From an uncultured Bacillota bacterium (GTDB lineage: Bacteria > Bacillota > Limnochordia > Limnochordales > ZCTH02-B6): a stretch of 64,000 nt of DNA. Made by a program: the position numbers and the translations under genes. The notes under the pieces were generated by a model. The model saw only the letters and a program-made list of their open reading frames with translations, searched no databases and was not told the DNA's origin. Positions 46,137 to 54,969 of the stretch are shown in pieces. Location of the stretch: positions 67,218 through 131,217 of the forward strand of contig CALJUZ010000106.1 in NCBI GenBank assembly GCA_937975235.1, read 5' to 3'. Position 1 is the stretch's first letter, and each line of letters opens with the position of its first letter.

Positions 46137-47837
46137 TCACACGGGCAGGTAGATCTCCCCGTCTTCGGAAACGTCCACGTCCAGCGCGGCGGGCCGCTTC
46201 GGCAGGCCGGGCATGGTCATGACGTCGCCGGCAAGGCAGACCAGGAAGCCCGCGCCCACGTTGGGCCGCACCGCGCGCACCGTCAGCTTCCAGCCTTTGG
46301 GCGCGCCCTTCAGGTGCGGCTGGTCCGACACCGAGTGCTGTGTCTTGGCCACGCACACGGGCAAGCCGTCCACGCCCAGCGCCTGGCACGCTTTGATGTC
46401 GCGCCGGGCCTCGGGCGTAAAGACGACGCCGTCGGCGCCGTAAACGTCCCGCGCCAAAATTTCGAGCTTCTCCTCAATGGGCAGGTTCCAGTCATACGCG
46501 GGCCGGAAGCTCGGCCCCGCGGCGCCGGCGGCCTCCGCCCGCTCCAGCACCTCCAGCACCGTTTGCGCCAGGGCCTCGCCGCCCGCGCCGCCTTCCTGCA
46601 CGACGGCGGCCACGGCGTGGGGAACGCCCAGCTGGTCGCAAAAGGCGGCCACCGTCTCGAGCTCTTCCTCCGAGTCGCCGTCGAAGCGGTTGACGGCTAC
46701 CACCACGGGCAGGCCGAAGTGCCGGATGAGTCGGACGTGGTGTTCCAGGTTGGGCAGCCCCGCCCGCACCGCGTCCACGTCGGGCTCCGCCATGCGTTGC
46801 CGGGGCGCGCCGCCGTGCATGCGCAGCGCCCGCACCGACGCGACCAAAACCGCCACGTCGGGCACCAGGCCGCTGTAGCCGTGCACGATGTCGAAAAACT
46901 TCTCCGCGCCCAGGTCCGCCGCGAAGCCGCCCTCGGTGACCACGTAGTCGGCCGTCTTCAGCGCGAGCTTGGTGGCCAGCACCGAATTGTTGCCGTGGGC
47001 GATGTTGGCGAAGGGGCCGCCGTGGACGAAGGCCGGCTGGCCCTCCAGGGTCTGCACCAGGTTCGGCTTCAGCGCCTGGGCCAGCACCGCGGCCATGGCG
47101 CCCGCGGCGCCCAGGTCTTTGGCGAACACGGGCTCGCCGCCGAAGGTGCGGCCGATGTAAATGCGGCCCAGCCGGTTTTTCAGGTCGTCCATGCCGTCGG
47201 CCAGGCACAGGATGGCCATCACTTCGGAAGCGACGGTAATGTCGAAGCGGGTCTCGCGCGGCACGCCGTGGGCGCTGCCGCCCAGGCCGACGACGACGTG
47301 GCGCAGCTGCCGATCGTTGACGTCCAGCACGCGCGGCCAAAGGACGGTGCGGGGATCGATGCCCAGTTCGTTGCCGTGGTGGATGTGGTTGTCGATGAGG
47401 GCGGCCAGCAGGTTGTGGGCCGCGCCCACGGCGTGGATGTCGCCGGTGAAGTGCAGGTTGATCTCGGCCTCGGGCACGATGCGGGCCCGGCCGCCGCCCG
47501 TGGCCCCGCCTTTGATCCCGAACACGGGGCCCATGGAAGGCTCCCGCAGCGCGACGGCCGCCTTCTTGCCCAGCCGGCCCAGGGCCTGGGTAAGGCCGAT
47601 GGCCATGGTCGTCTTGCCTTCGCCGGCCGGGGTGGCCGTAATGGCCGTGGTGTAAATCAGTTTGCCGTAGGGCCGGTGGGCCAGCCGCTTCAGCGCGCTC
47701 AGATTCACTTTGGCCATGTAGCGCCCGTACGGCTCCACTTCCTCGGGCAGCAACCCGGCTTCGGCGGCCACCTCCTCGATGGGCCGCATGACGTCGGTCA
47801 GCGTGCCCACGCCGCCCGCCTGCTGCACGTTGCTCAT
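46137..47837 (-). CDS. fhs: Formate-tetrahydrofolate ligase
   Basis: ATG at 47837 has AAGGAG ~10 nt upstream. It encodes 566 aa with TATPAGEGKTTMAIGL, FDITVASEVMAIL and AVVATVRALK-like VLVASVRALRMHGG. The tracked ORF adds 41 Ala/Arg-rich codons upstream, which are discounted. Confidence 0.95.
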   Translation of the reverse strand: MSNVQQAGGVGTLTDVMRPIEEVAAEAGLLPEEVEPYGRYMAKVNLSALKRLAHRPYGKLIYTTAITATPAGEGKTTMAIGLTQALGRLGKKAAVALREPSMGPVFGIKGGATGGGRARIVPEAEINLHFTGDIHAVGAAHNLLAALIDNHIHHGNELGIDPRTVLWPRVLDVNDRQLRHVVVGLGGSAHGVPRETRFDITVASEVMAILCLADGMDDLKNRLGRIYIGRTFGGEPVFAKDLGAAGAMAAVLAQALKPNLVQTLEGQPAFVHGGPFANIAHGNNSVLATKLALKTADYVVTEGGFAADLGAEKFFDIVHGYSGLVPDVAVLVASVRALRMHGGAPRQRMAEPDVDAVRAGLPNLEHHVRLIRHFGLPVVVAVNRFDGDSEEELETVAAFCDQLGVPHAVAAVVQEGGAGGEALAQTVLEVLERAEAAGAAGPSFRPAYDWNLPIEEKLEILARDVYGADGVVFTPEARRDIKACQALGVDGLPVCVAKTQHSVSDQPHLKGAPKGWKLTVRAVRPNVGAGFLVCLAGDVMTMPGLPKRPAALDVDVSEDGEIYLPV

Positions 47838-48043
47838 CACCCGTTCACTCCTTGCCGCCGCGGCGCGCGCCGCGGGATTGACGGCCGGCGCCGAGGCGCT
47901 CCGGGCGCGGCGGCCGGCAGAGGCGCCCGGCGGCGCGCCGTCCTTGGAATTTTCAGCCATTCACCTACATTATTGAACGGCCCTCTAGGCCGCACAAGGG
48001 ACAACTGACCCTTATGATTGATTTCCCCGGCGAGATGTAGTAC

Positions 48044-48049
48044 TATAAT
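48044..48049 (+). promoter_or_regulatory. -10 hexamer (TATAAT) upstream of tRNA-Pro
   Basis: TATAAT lies 15 nt before the tRNA 5' end. The nearest TTGATT is 20 nt upstream, which is a non-optimal spacer. Confidence 0.4.
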
Positions 48050-48064
48050 GTCTGCAGCGTGCGC

Positions 48065-48142
48065 CGGGGCGTGGCGCAGTTTGGTTAGCGCGCTACCTTG
48101 GGGTGGTAGAGGTCGCTGGTTCGAATCCAGTCGCCCCGACCA
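48065..48142 (+). tRNA. tRNA-Pro (anticodon GGG), CCA encoded
   Basis: Folded by hand. Acceptor stem CGGGGCG/CGCCCCG, D stem GCGC/GCGC, anticodon stem CTACC/GGTAG with loop TTGGGGT (anticodon GGG at 48100-48102, G37), variable loop AGGTC, T arm GCTGG-TTCGAAT-CCAGT, discriminator A, then CCA. Confidence 0.95.
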
Positions 48143-48146
48143 TGCG

Positions 48147-48183
48147 AAAAGCCCGCCGGAACCGGGTGTCCGGCGGGCTTTTC
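48147..48183 (+). terminator. Intrinsic terminator after tRNA-Pro
   Basis: AAAA-GCCCGCCGGA-ACCGGGTG-TCCGGCGGGC-TTTT forms a 10-bp perfect GC stem flanked by A and T tracts. Confidence 0.8.
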
Positions 48184-48254
48184 CTTGTTCCGGCCCGCGG
48201 CCGCGACAAGGTGTAAGCTTGCGGGCCCGCCGGCGCCGGCGGTGTTTCCGTTTG

Positions 48255-48283
48255 CTGACAAGTCCAGGAAATCCGTGTAAAAT
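48255..48283 (+). promoter_or_regulatory. Sigma-A-type promoter candidate for the ABC-2 transporter genes
   Basis: CTGACA, 17 nt, TAAAAT lies ~45 nt upstream of the ATG at 48326. Confidence 0.5.
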
Positions 48284-48325
48284 GGAAGACATCGATGGGA
48301 AGACGGCGTCAGGGGAGGAAGGCGC

Positions 48326-49246
48326 ATGTCGCAAACGGTTCTCGACGTGGATTCGGTCGTCAAGCGGTACCACCGCAAGACGGCCGTGGACGGAGTGTCG
48401 TTTTCGGTGCAGCGGGGCGAAATTCTCGGTTTCCTCGGGCCCAACGGCGCGGGGAAAACGACGACGCTGCGGATGATCATGGGCATCACCGCGCCCGACG
48501 CCGGGCGCGTCACGTTCCGCCTCGAGGGCGCGGGGGATTCGCAGCGCGTGCCCAAGCACCGCGTCGGCTACTTGCCCGAAGAGCGGGGGCTGTACAAGGA
48601 AGCCCGAATCTTGGACGTGCTTCTGTTTCTCGCGTCCATCAAAGGCATGCCCAAGGACGAAGCCCGGCGCAAGGCCCTGGACTGGCTGGAGCGCTTCGGC
48701 CTCGGCGCGTATGCCAACGCCAAAGTCGAAGAGCTGTCCAAGGGCATGGCGCAGAAGGTGCAGTTCATCGCCGCGGTCATCCACGAACCGGACCTGGTGG
48801 TGCTGGACGAGCCCTTTTCCGGCCTGGACCCGGTGAACCAAGAGGTGTTTCGCGAAGAAATCCGCCGCCTGAAAGAGCGGGGCGCGGCCGTGCTCTTGTC
48901 CAGCCACCAGATGAACCTGGTGGAGGAGACGTGCGACCGCATTTTCCTCATCAACAACGGCCGCCGGGTGCTGTACGGCACGCTGGTGGACGTCAAGGCG
49001 CAGTACGGCGTGCACCGGGTCAACATGCTGGTGTCCGATCCCGACTGGGATTGGCGGCCGCCCGATCTGGTGGAACAGGTGAACCGCGACGGCGCCCGCT
49101 GGACGTGCCTGCTGCGCCCCGGCGTCACGCCCGGGCAGTTCATGCATTCCCTGCCGGCCGGCGCTCCGGTGGAGGAGATCTCCATCGCGCGCATCTCCCT
49201 CCACGACATCTTCGTCCGCATGGCGACGCAAGGGGAGGCGGCGTGA
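48326..49246 (+). CDS. ABC transporter ATP-binding protein (ABC-2/NatA-like exporter type)
   Basis: Walker A GPNGAGKTT, signature LSKGMAQK, Walker B LVVLDEPFSGLD. 306 aa with a C-terminal accessory domain. Confidence 0.9.
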   Translation: MSQTVLDVDSVVKRYHRKTAVDGVSFSVQRGEILGFLGPNGAGKTTTLRMIMGITAPDAGRVTFRLEGAGDSQRVPKHRVGYLPEERGLYKEARILDVLLFLASIKGMPKDEARRKALDWLERFGLGAYANAKVEELSKGMAQKVQFIAAVIHEPDLVVLDEPFSGLDPVNQEVFREEIRRLKERGAAVLLSSHQMNLVEETCDRIFLINNGRRVLYGTLVDVKAQYGVHRVNMLVSDPDWDWRPPDLVEQVNRDGARWTCLLRPGVTPGQFMHSLPAGAPVEEISIARISLHDIFVRMATQGEAA

Positions 49247-49247
49247 G

Positions 49248-50447
49248 ATGCTCTGGAACGTGGTCCGCTGGGAAGTCATGCGCCATCTGCGCAACAAACA
49301 GTTCATCATCGGGCTCTTGATCACGCCCGTCTTGTTCGCGGTTTTCGGCGCGCTGCCCTCCGTCATCCAGCGTCTGGACCGGCCCCGCACCGCCGCGTAC
49401 CTGGTCGTGGACGAGCTGCAGGCGGTGCCGTGGCTGCAAACGGCGCTGGACGGCTCGCCCGTCACCGTGGAGGCCGCCTCCGCGCCGCGCCCGGACCTGG
49501 AGGCCGCCGTGCTCGCGGGCGACGCCGACGGCTTTTTCGTGCTGGACCGGCGCTTCGTGGAGACCGGCGTGCTGGAAGTGTTCGTGGAGAAGCCGCGCCC
49601 CGTGCCCAATGCGCTGGAGGGCGCCCTGAACGGGCTGCTGCAGTCGCTGCGCATGCAGGAGCAGCAGCTGGACCCCCAGATCGTGCAGTACGTCTCGTCG
49701 CGCGCCGCCGTCATCTCGTCGGGCATCAACGCGCCGGAGGATCAAAGCGAGCGGCTCCTGGCCGGCCTGATCATGAGCGGCGTGCTGGCGTTCCTGCTGT
49801 TTTGGCTCATCATCAGCTCGGGCTCCATGCTGCTGCAAAGCGCCGTACAGGAGAAGCGGGACCGCATGGCCGAGGTGGTGCTGTCCTCCATCGGCGCCGA
49901 CACGCTCATGACCGGCAAAATCATCGGCCATTTTCTGCTGGGGCTGATTCAGATCGGTTTCTGGCTGCTCATCGGCTTGTCGGTGCTCCGGTTCGCCGCC
50001 GACATCCCCGTGGGCGATTTCATCGCGTGGCCGCTGCTGCCGCCGCTGCTTCTGTTCACGCTGCTGGGGTACTTGTTCTACGCGGCGGTGTTCGTCGGCG
50101 TCGGCGCGACGCTGGAGGACATCCAGAGCGCTTCCAATACGCAGGGGCTGGTCTTCATGCTGCCCATGGTGTCGTTTCTGTTCATCCCGCCGGTGACGTC
50201 CAATCCCGACGGCTTCATCGCCAAGGTCGGCACGTTTTTCCCGCCGTCCTCGCCCCTCATCACCATGATTCGCATCGGCATGGAGGCCGCAGCGGCGTGG
50301 GAAGCGGCCGTCGCGGCCGTCATCATGCTGGTCTCGACGTGGCTGGTGGTCAAGGCCGCGTCCCGGCTGTTCCGGACGGGCATGCTGATGTACGGCAAGA
50401 ACGCCACGTGGAAAGAGATGTGGCGCTGGATTCGCTACCCCGGCTGA
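49248..50447 (+). CDS. ABC-2 type transporter permease (NatB-like)
   Basis: 399 aa with an N-terminal TM helix, a ~150-aa extracytoplasmic region and then five TM helices. The start lies 1 nt after the ATPase stop, with AAGGGGAGG upstream. Confidence 0.8.
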   Translation: MLWNVVRWEVMRHLRNKQFIIGLLITPVLFAVFGALPSVIQRLDRPRTAAYLVVDELQAVPWLQTALDGSPVTVEAASAPRPDLEAAVLAGDADGFFVLDRRFVETGVLEVFVEKPRPVPNALEGALNGLLQSLRMQEQQLDPQIVQYVSSRAAVISSGINAPEDQSERLLAGLIMSGVLAFLLFWLIISSGSMLLQSAVQEKRDRMAEVVLSSIGADTLMTGKIIGHFLLGLIQIGFWLLIGLSVLRFAADIPVGDFIAWPLLPPLLLFTLLGYLFYAAVFVGVGATLEDIQSASNTQGLVFMLPMVSFLFIPPVTSNPDGFIAKVGTFFPPSSPLITMIRIGMEAAAAWEAAVAAVIMLVSTWLVVKAASRLFRTGMLMYGKNATWKEMWRWIRYPG

Positions 50448-50503
50448 CGCCCCGGGCCGCGGGCCGGCGGGCAAAAGGCCCGGAAACCGCCGCAGAAGAC
50501 AAG

Positions 50504-50535
50504 GACGGCGCCCCTTACGGAACCGGGGCGCCGTC
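50504..50535. terminator. GC stem-loop between convergent genes (overlaps the globin stop codon)
   Basis: GACGGCGCCCC-10 nt-GGGGCGCCGTC forms an 11-bp perfect stem. There is no strong T-tract on either strand. Confidence 0.45.
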
Positions 50536-50940
50536 TTCGTCCGTGTTGACCATGTGGGCGGCCGTGCGGGTCAGCCGCTCCATCAGTTTCGGCTTGACCG
50601 CGGGGTCGATGCCAGCCGCGTCCATGGCCGCGTCCATGACGGACAGCCAGGCCCGGGCCCGGGCCGGCGTGATGGGGAAGGGCAGATGCCGGTACCGCAG
50701 CCGCGGCGGGCCGTAGTGCTCCGAAAACAAGGGCGGCCCCCCGAAAAACTGGCTGAGAAAGGCGAACTGCTTGCGCCGCGTCTCCGTCAGATCCTGCGGG
50801 AAAATGGGCGCCAGCAGCGGGTGGCCGTGCACCCGGCTGTAAAACTCGTCCACCAGCCGGGCCAGCGCGTCCGCGCCGCCCATCTCCTCATACAACGTCC
50901 CCGACAAGGCAGCGTCCCACTGCGCCGGAATATCCGCCAC
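50515..50940 (-). CDS. Group II truncated haemoglobin (YjbI-like globin)
   Basis: LVDEFYSRVHGHPLLAPIFPQDLTETRRKQFAFLSQFFGGPPLF...RYRHLPFPIT...WLSVMDAAMDAAG closely parallels B. subtilis YjbI. GTG at 50940 (GGAGG 11 nt upstream) gives 141 aa. Alternative upstream starts at 51015 and 51138 lack an SD. Confidence 0.8.
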   Translation of the reverse strand: MADIPAQWDAALSGTLYEEMGGADALARLVDEFYSRVHGHPLLAPIFPQDLTETRRKQFAFLSQFFGGPPLFSEHYGPPRLRYRHLPFPITPARARAWLSVMDAAMDAAGIDPAVKPKLMERLTRTAAHMVNTDEDGAPVP

Positions 50941-51270
50941 GCCCCGTGAAGCCTCCGTCCGCCGCGTGCGGGCCCAAGGCGCCCGCACGAATGGTGCTTT
51001 GTCCGCCCCCAGCATAGCAAAGCCGCCGGCCGCGGGCAACCGGGCTCGGCCCCGAGTATGAGTAGGACCGGCAAGAGCCAAACTAACGCGGGGCTTCGGG
51101 AAGTTCACATATACCGGCCGGTCTCCACGGATGGGCATCGGCGCGGCGTGGAAATTCCTTCTTCTCGAAGCCCACGCTCATCCCTCCGCTGAACGCCTCA
51201 GGCGGCGTCTTCTCGCGCGCCCGACCCGCCGCGGCAGGACCGGCTGCGGCCGGCGCGGAATTGTTTTTGC

Positions 51271-52764
51271 ATGAAACCCCGCAGCTGGGCAATGGCAATC
51301 TTATGGCTGTGCCTGTTCGCCGGCGTCGTGCCGCCGCCGCCCGCGGCGGCGCTGGTCCTGGTTGCCGAGGACGAGTTGCCGGTGCCCGCGGCCGCCGCGT
51401 TCACGCTGGCGGACCTGACCGGCACTGGCCGCACGGAGCTCATCGCCGCCGGCAATGCCGGCGTCTTCGTGCTGACGCCGGCAGGCGATGCGTCGGAGCC
51501 CGCGGAGTGGGCGGTGGTCGCGTCGCTGCCGCCTCTGCCCGCACCGGCCACGGCCGTGGCCGCGGCCGACTTCATCGGCGACGGCGTGCCGTCCATCGCC
51601 GTGGGCACCGCGCAGGCGGGCGCGGTGTACTTGCTGCGCTGGACGGGCTTCGACTGGACCGTCGTCGCGCAGACGGGCTACTTGTGGGCGCCGGTAGCCG
51701 CCCTGGCCGCGGCGGACTTTTCCGGCCAAGGCGCGGCGCAGCTGGCCGCCGTGGACGCCGGCGGAGGCGTCACCGTCTTCGCCTGGCAAGACCGGACGCT
51801 GGCGCCGGTGCGGCGCTGGCAGGCCGCCGGAGGCCGGGCGCCGCTGACGGCCGTGGCCCGGTTCGCCGCGGACCCGCGGCCCCGGCTGGTCCTCGTCGAC
51901 GCCGAAGGCGGCGTGGGCGTCTGGTCGTGGCCCATGCCGGAGCCCGAAGCCCAGGCGTTCGTCTGGGGCACGCCCACGGCGCTGGCCGTCGCGGACGTGG
52001 AAGGCCGCGGCCCGGAAGTCATCGTTGTCACGGACGAGCGCCTGCTGTACCGGTTCGTGTGGACCGACGGCCGCTTGGTCCAGGCGGCCCAGCCGCTCCA
52101 CGACGCGCGCCTGCCCTTTGACTTCATGGCTCCCATCCGCCGCCCGGGCCAGTCCGCAGATCTGCTGCTCGCCCACGGCGCCAACGGCATCGGCGTATGG
52201 CGGGTCACGTCCTCCTCCGTATCCCTCGTTGACGAGGGCTGGTCCAATCCGCCGCTGGCCGCGGCCCTCTGGCCGGGCTCGGATACCATTGTCCTGGCCG
52301 AACGCACCGGCGAGCGGGGCGGCCCTTTGCGCGTGTGGTCGCGGCGGCCCGCCGGTTACTTCAATCTGACGGTGGACGGCCGGCCGGTGCCGCTGGGCGA
52401 TCCGCCGGTATTTTACCAGGGGCAGGTCATGTTGTCGGCCCGGGACTGGGCTGCCGCGCTGGGCCTGCAGCTTTTCTGGAACGCGGCGGACCTGCGGCTG
52501 ACCGTGGCGGGCCGCCGGTCGTACGCGATGCTCACCGTCGGAGAGCGACAAGTGCTGCTGCCGGGAGGCCCCCGGGCCGTCTCGCTGGCGCCGGAGCTGC
52601 GGGAGGGCAGAACGTACGTGCCGCCCGAGTTTCCCACATGGTTCGGCGCAACCTACCAATGGGACCCGCGCCGCCGCGCGCTGCACGTGTACACCGACGC
52701 TGCGCCTCGGTCCGAGGCGGCAGGGAACGAGCCGCCCGGCACAGAAGAAAACGGCGGTACGTGA
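51271..52764 (+). CDS. Secreted protein with FG-GAP/VCBS-like repeats and a C-terminal copper-amine-oxidase N-terminal-like domain
   Basis: Signal peptide MKPRSWAMAILWLCLFAGVVPPPPAAA. At least five repeats are of the type ADxxGxGxxExxxx...GVxVxxW (for example AADFIGDGVPSIAVGT, AADFSGQGAAQLAAVD, VADVEGRGPEVIVVTD). The C-terminal ~110 aa (VDGRPVPLGDPPVFYQGQVMLSARDWAAALG...GRTYVP) resemble the Firmicute stalk domain. No SD precedes the ATG. Confidence 0.7.
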   Translation: MKPRSWAMAILWLCLFAGVVPPPPAAALVLVAEDELPVPAAAAFTLADLTGTGRTELIAAGNAGVFVLTPAGDASEPAEWAVVASLPPLPAPATAVAAADFIGDGVPSIAVGTAQAGAVYLLRWTGFDWTVVAQTGYLWAPVAALAAADFSGQGAAQLAAVDAGGGVTVFAWQDRTLAPVRRWQAAGGRAPLTAVARFAADPRPRLVLVDAEGGVGVWSWPMPEPEAQAFVWGTPTALAVADVEGRGPEVIVVTDERLLYRFVWTDGRLVQAAQPLHDARLPFDFMAPIRRPGQSADLLLAHGANGIGVWRVTSSSVSLVDEGWSNPPLAAALWPGSDTIVLAERTGERGGPLRVWSRRPAGYFNLTVDGRPVPLGDPPVFYQGQVMLSARDWAAALGLQLFWNAADLRLTVAGRRSYAMLTVGERQVLLPGGPRAVSLAPELREGRTYVPPEFPTWFGATYQWDPRRRALHVYTDAAPRSEAAGNEPPGTEENGGT

Positions 52765-52827
52765 TGGGCTGACAGCCCGGCACGCCGCGCGGCGTGCGCG
52801 CCGGGCATGGAGATAGGAGGGTTCGGA

Positions 52828-54906
52828 TTGAAGCAGTACGACGCGCAGCACATTCGCAACATCGCGCTGACAGGCCACGGCGGCAGCGGCAAGACACAGC
52901 TGACGGAAGCGATGCTGTTCGCCACCGGCGCCCTGTCCCGGATGGGCAAAGTGGACGACGGCAACACCGTCAGCGACTGGGACCCCGAGGAAGCCAAACG
53001 GCAAGTCAGCATCGGCACGTCCCTCGTTCCCTGCGAGTGGAAAGATCACAAAATCAACGTGCTGGACACGCCGGGGTACTTCGACTTCGTAGGCGAGGTC
53101 GAAGGCGCGCTGGCGGCCGCCGACGCCATGCTCTGCGTGGTGTGCGCGGCGTCGGGCGTGGAAGTCGGAACCGAACAGGCATGGGCGATGGCGGACAAGA
53201 GAAGCCTTCCCCGTGCCTTTTTTGTTAATAAGATGGACCGGGAAAACGCCTCCTTCGAGCGCACGGTGGAGCAGATTCGCAGCACCTTCGGCGCCGACCT
53301 GGCGGTGCTGCAGGTGCCCATCGGCGAAGCCGCGGCCTTTCGCGGCTGGGTGGACCTGCTGACCATGGAGGCGTGGGTCAAAGACGGCGACAAGATGACG
53401 AAAACCGACGTCCCCGACGAGGTGGCCGCCATGGCCGAGTCGTACCGGGAGTCGCTGGTGGAAGCCGTGGCCGCGACGGACGACGAGCTGACGCTTTTGT
53501 TCCTGGAGGACGAGCCCATCGAAACCGAAGACCTGGTGCGGGCTTTGGGCCAGGCGGTGCGCTCGGGCGCGCTGGTGCCGGTGTGGCTGGGCTCGGCCCT
53601 GCAAGGCTTGGGTGCGGACGCGCTCATGGACGGCATCGTCCGCTTCCTGCCGTCGCCCCTGGACGGCGTTCGCTACGAAGCCACCGACGTCAAGAGCGGC
53701 GAAACGGTGACGCTGGAACCGGATCCGAACGGCCCTCTGGCCGCCTTCGTCTTCAAGACCATCTCGGATCCGTTCGTCGGCCGCCTGACGCTGTTCCGCG
53801 TCGTGTCGGGCACGTTCTCGGCCGACGGCACGGTGCGCAACATCGACAAGGACAAGGACGAGCGGGTCACGCAAGTGTTCGTGCTGCGGGGCAAGGAGCA
53901 AATCGCCGTCCCGGCCGTCAGCGCGGGCGACCTCGGCGCGGTGTCCAAGCTGCAGGTGACGGCCACGGGCGACTCCCTCGGCCGCAAGGAGCGGCCCTTC
54001 CGCTTCCCGAAGCCGGACTTCCCCAAGCCCGTCCTGACCATGGCGCTGGTGCCCAAGGCGAAGGGCGACGAAGACCGCATTGCCGCCGGCCTGGCCCGCA
54101 TGCAGGAAGAGGACGTCACGTTTGCCATGTCCAAAGACGCCGAGTCCGGGCAAATTCTCGTCTCGGGCATGGGCGAGCTGCAGCTGGAAATTATGACGAC
54201 CCGGCTTAAGAGCCAGTTCGGCGTCGAGGTGGACCTGGTGCCGCCCAAGATTCCGTACCGGGAAACCATCCGCGGCAAAGTGGAGCAGGAAGGCCGGCAC
54301 AAGAAGCAGACGGGCGGCCGCGGCCAGTTCGGGCACGTGTTCCTCCGCCTCGAGCCCTTGCCCCCGGGCGGCGGCTTCGAGTTCGTGGACGAAATTTTCG
54401 GCGGCGCGGTGCCCAAGCAGTACATCCCGGCGGTGGAGAAGGGCGTCGAGGAGACGATGGCCGAAGGCGTCCTCGCGGGCTACCCGGTGGTGGACGTGAA
54501 GGTGACGCTGTACGACGGCTCGTACCACAGCGTGGACTCGTCGGAGATGGCGTTCAAGATCGCCGCGTCCATGGCGTTCAAGGAAGGCTTTATGAAAGCC
54601 CAGCCCGTGCTGCTGGAGCCCGTCCTCCAGGTGGAGGTGGTGGTCCCCGAGCGGTTTATGGGCGACGTCATTGCGGACTTGAACAAGAAGCGGGGCCGCA
54701 TTTTGGGCATGGACCCCGACGGCGGCAACCAGATTATCCGGGCCCACGTGCCCATGGCGGAAATGGCCCGCTACGCGGTGGACCTGCGCTCCATCACCCA
54801 GGGCCGGGGCCGCTTCAAGACGGAACTGGCCCATTACGAGGAAGTGCCGGAGCATCTGGCCGCGGAAATCATCAGCCAGGCCCAGGCCGCCAAAGGCGCT
54901 TCGTAG
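52828..54906 (+). CDS. Elongation factor G paralogue (EF-G2-like translational GTPase)
   Basis: The TTG at 52828 lies 7 nt after AGGAGG. G1 is GHGGSGKT (not the AHIDAGKT of canonical EF-G), G3 is DTPGY and G4 is NKMD. EF-G domains II-V are colinear (HKKQTGGRGQFG, GVLAGYPVVD). It resembles Thermus EF-G-2. Confidence 0.9.
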   Translation: MKQYDAQHIRNIALTGHGGSGKTQLTEAMLFATGALSRMGKVDDGNTVSDWDPEEAKRQVSIGTSLVPCEWKDHKINVLDTPGYFDFVGEVEGALAAADAMLCVVCAASGVEVGTEQAWAMADKRSLPRAFFVNKMDRENASFERTVEQIRSTFGADLAVLQVPIGEAAAFRGWVDLLTMEAWVKDGDKMTKTDVPDEVAAMAESYRESLVEAVAATDDELTLLFLEDEPIETEDLVRALGQAVRSGALVPVWLGSALQGLGADALMDGIVRFLPSPLDGVRYEATDVKSGETVTLEPDPNGPLAAFVFKTISDPFVGRLTLFRVVSGTFSADGTVRNIDKDKDERVTQVFVLRGKEQIAVPAVSAGDLGAVSKLQVTATGDSLGRKERPFRFPKPDFPKPVLTMALVPKAKGDEDRIAAGLARMQEEDVTFAMSKDAESGQILVSGMGELQLEIMTTRLKSQFGVEVDLVPPKIPYRETIRGKVEQEGRHKKQTGGRGQFGHVFLRLEPLPPGGGFEFVDEIFGGAVPKQYIPAVEKGVEETMAEGVLAGYPVVDVKVTLYDGSYHSVDSSEMAFKIAASMAFKEGFMKAQPVLLEPVLQVEVVVPERFMGDVIADLNKKRGRILGMDPDGGNQIIRAHVPMAEMARYAVDLRSITQGRGRFKTELAHYEEVPEHLAAEIISQAQAAKGAS

Positions 54907-54969
54907 CCCCTGGTCTGTCTCGCCTTCCCGCCGCATACGCTGACGTAAGCGGGGGAGGGCGAGGGGGAG

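Noticed and set aside
47838-47990. Possible ZTP (pfl-motif) or THF riboswitch upstream of fhs
   Set aside because: ZTP riboswitches are known upstream of fhs in some bacteria. I could not find the conserved elements I remember for that motif (a GGGUCGUG...ACUGGCG-type 5' subdomain and a CCGCCUGGGC-type 3' element) on the minus strand. Only generic GC-rich dyads are present, and a covariance-model scan would be needed to be sure.
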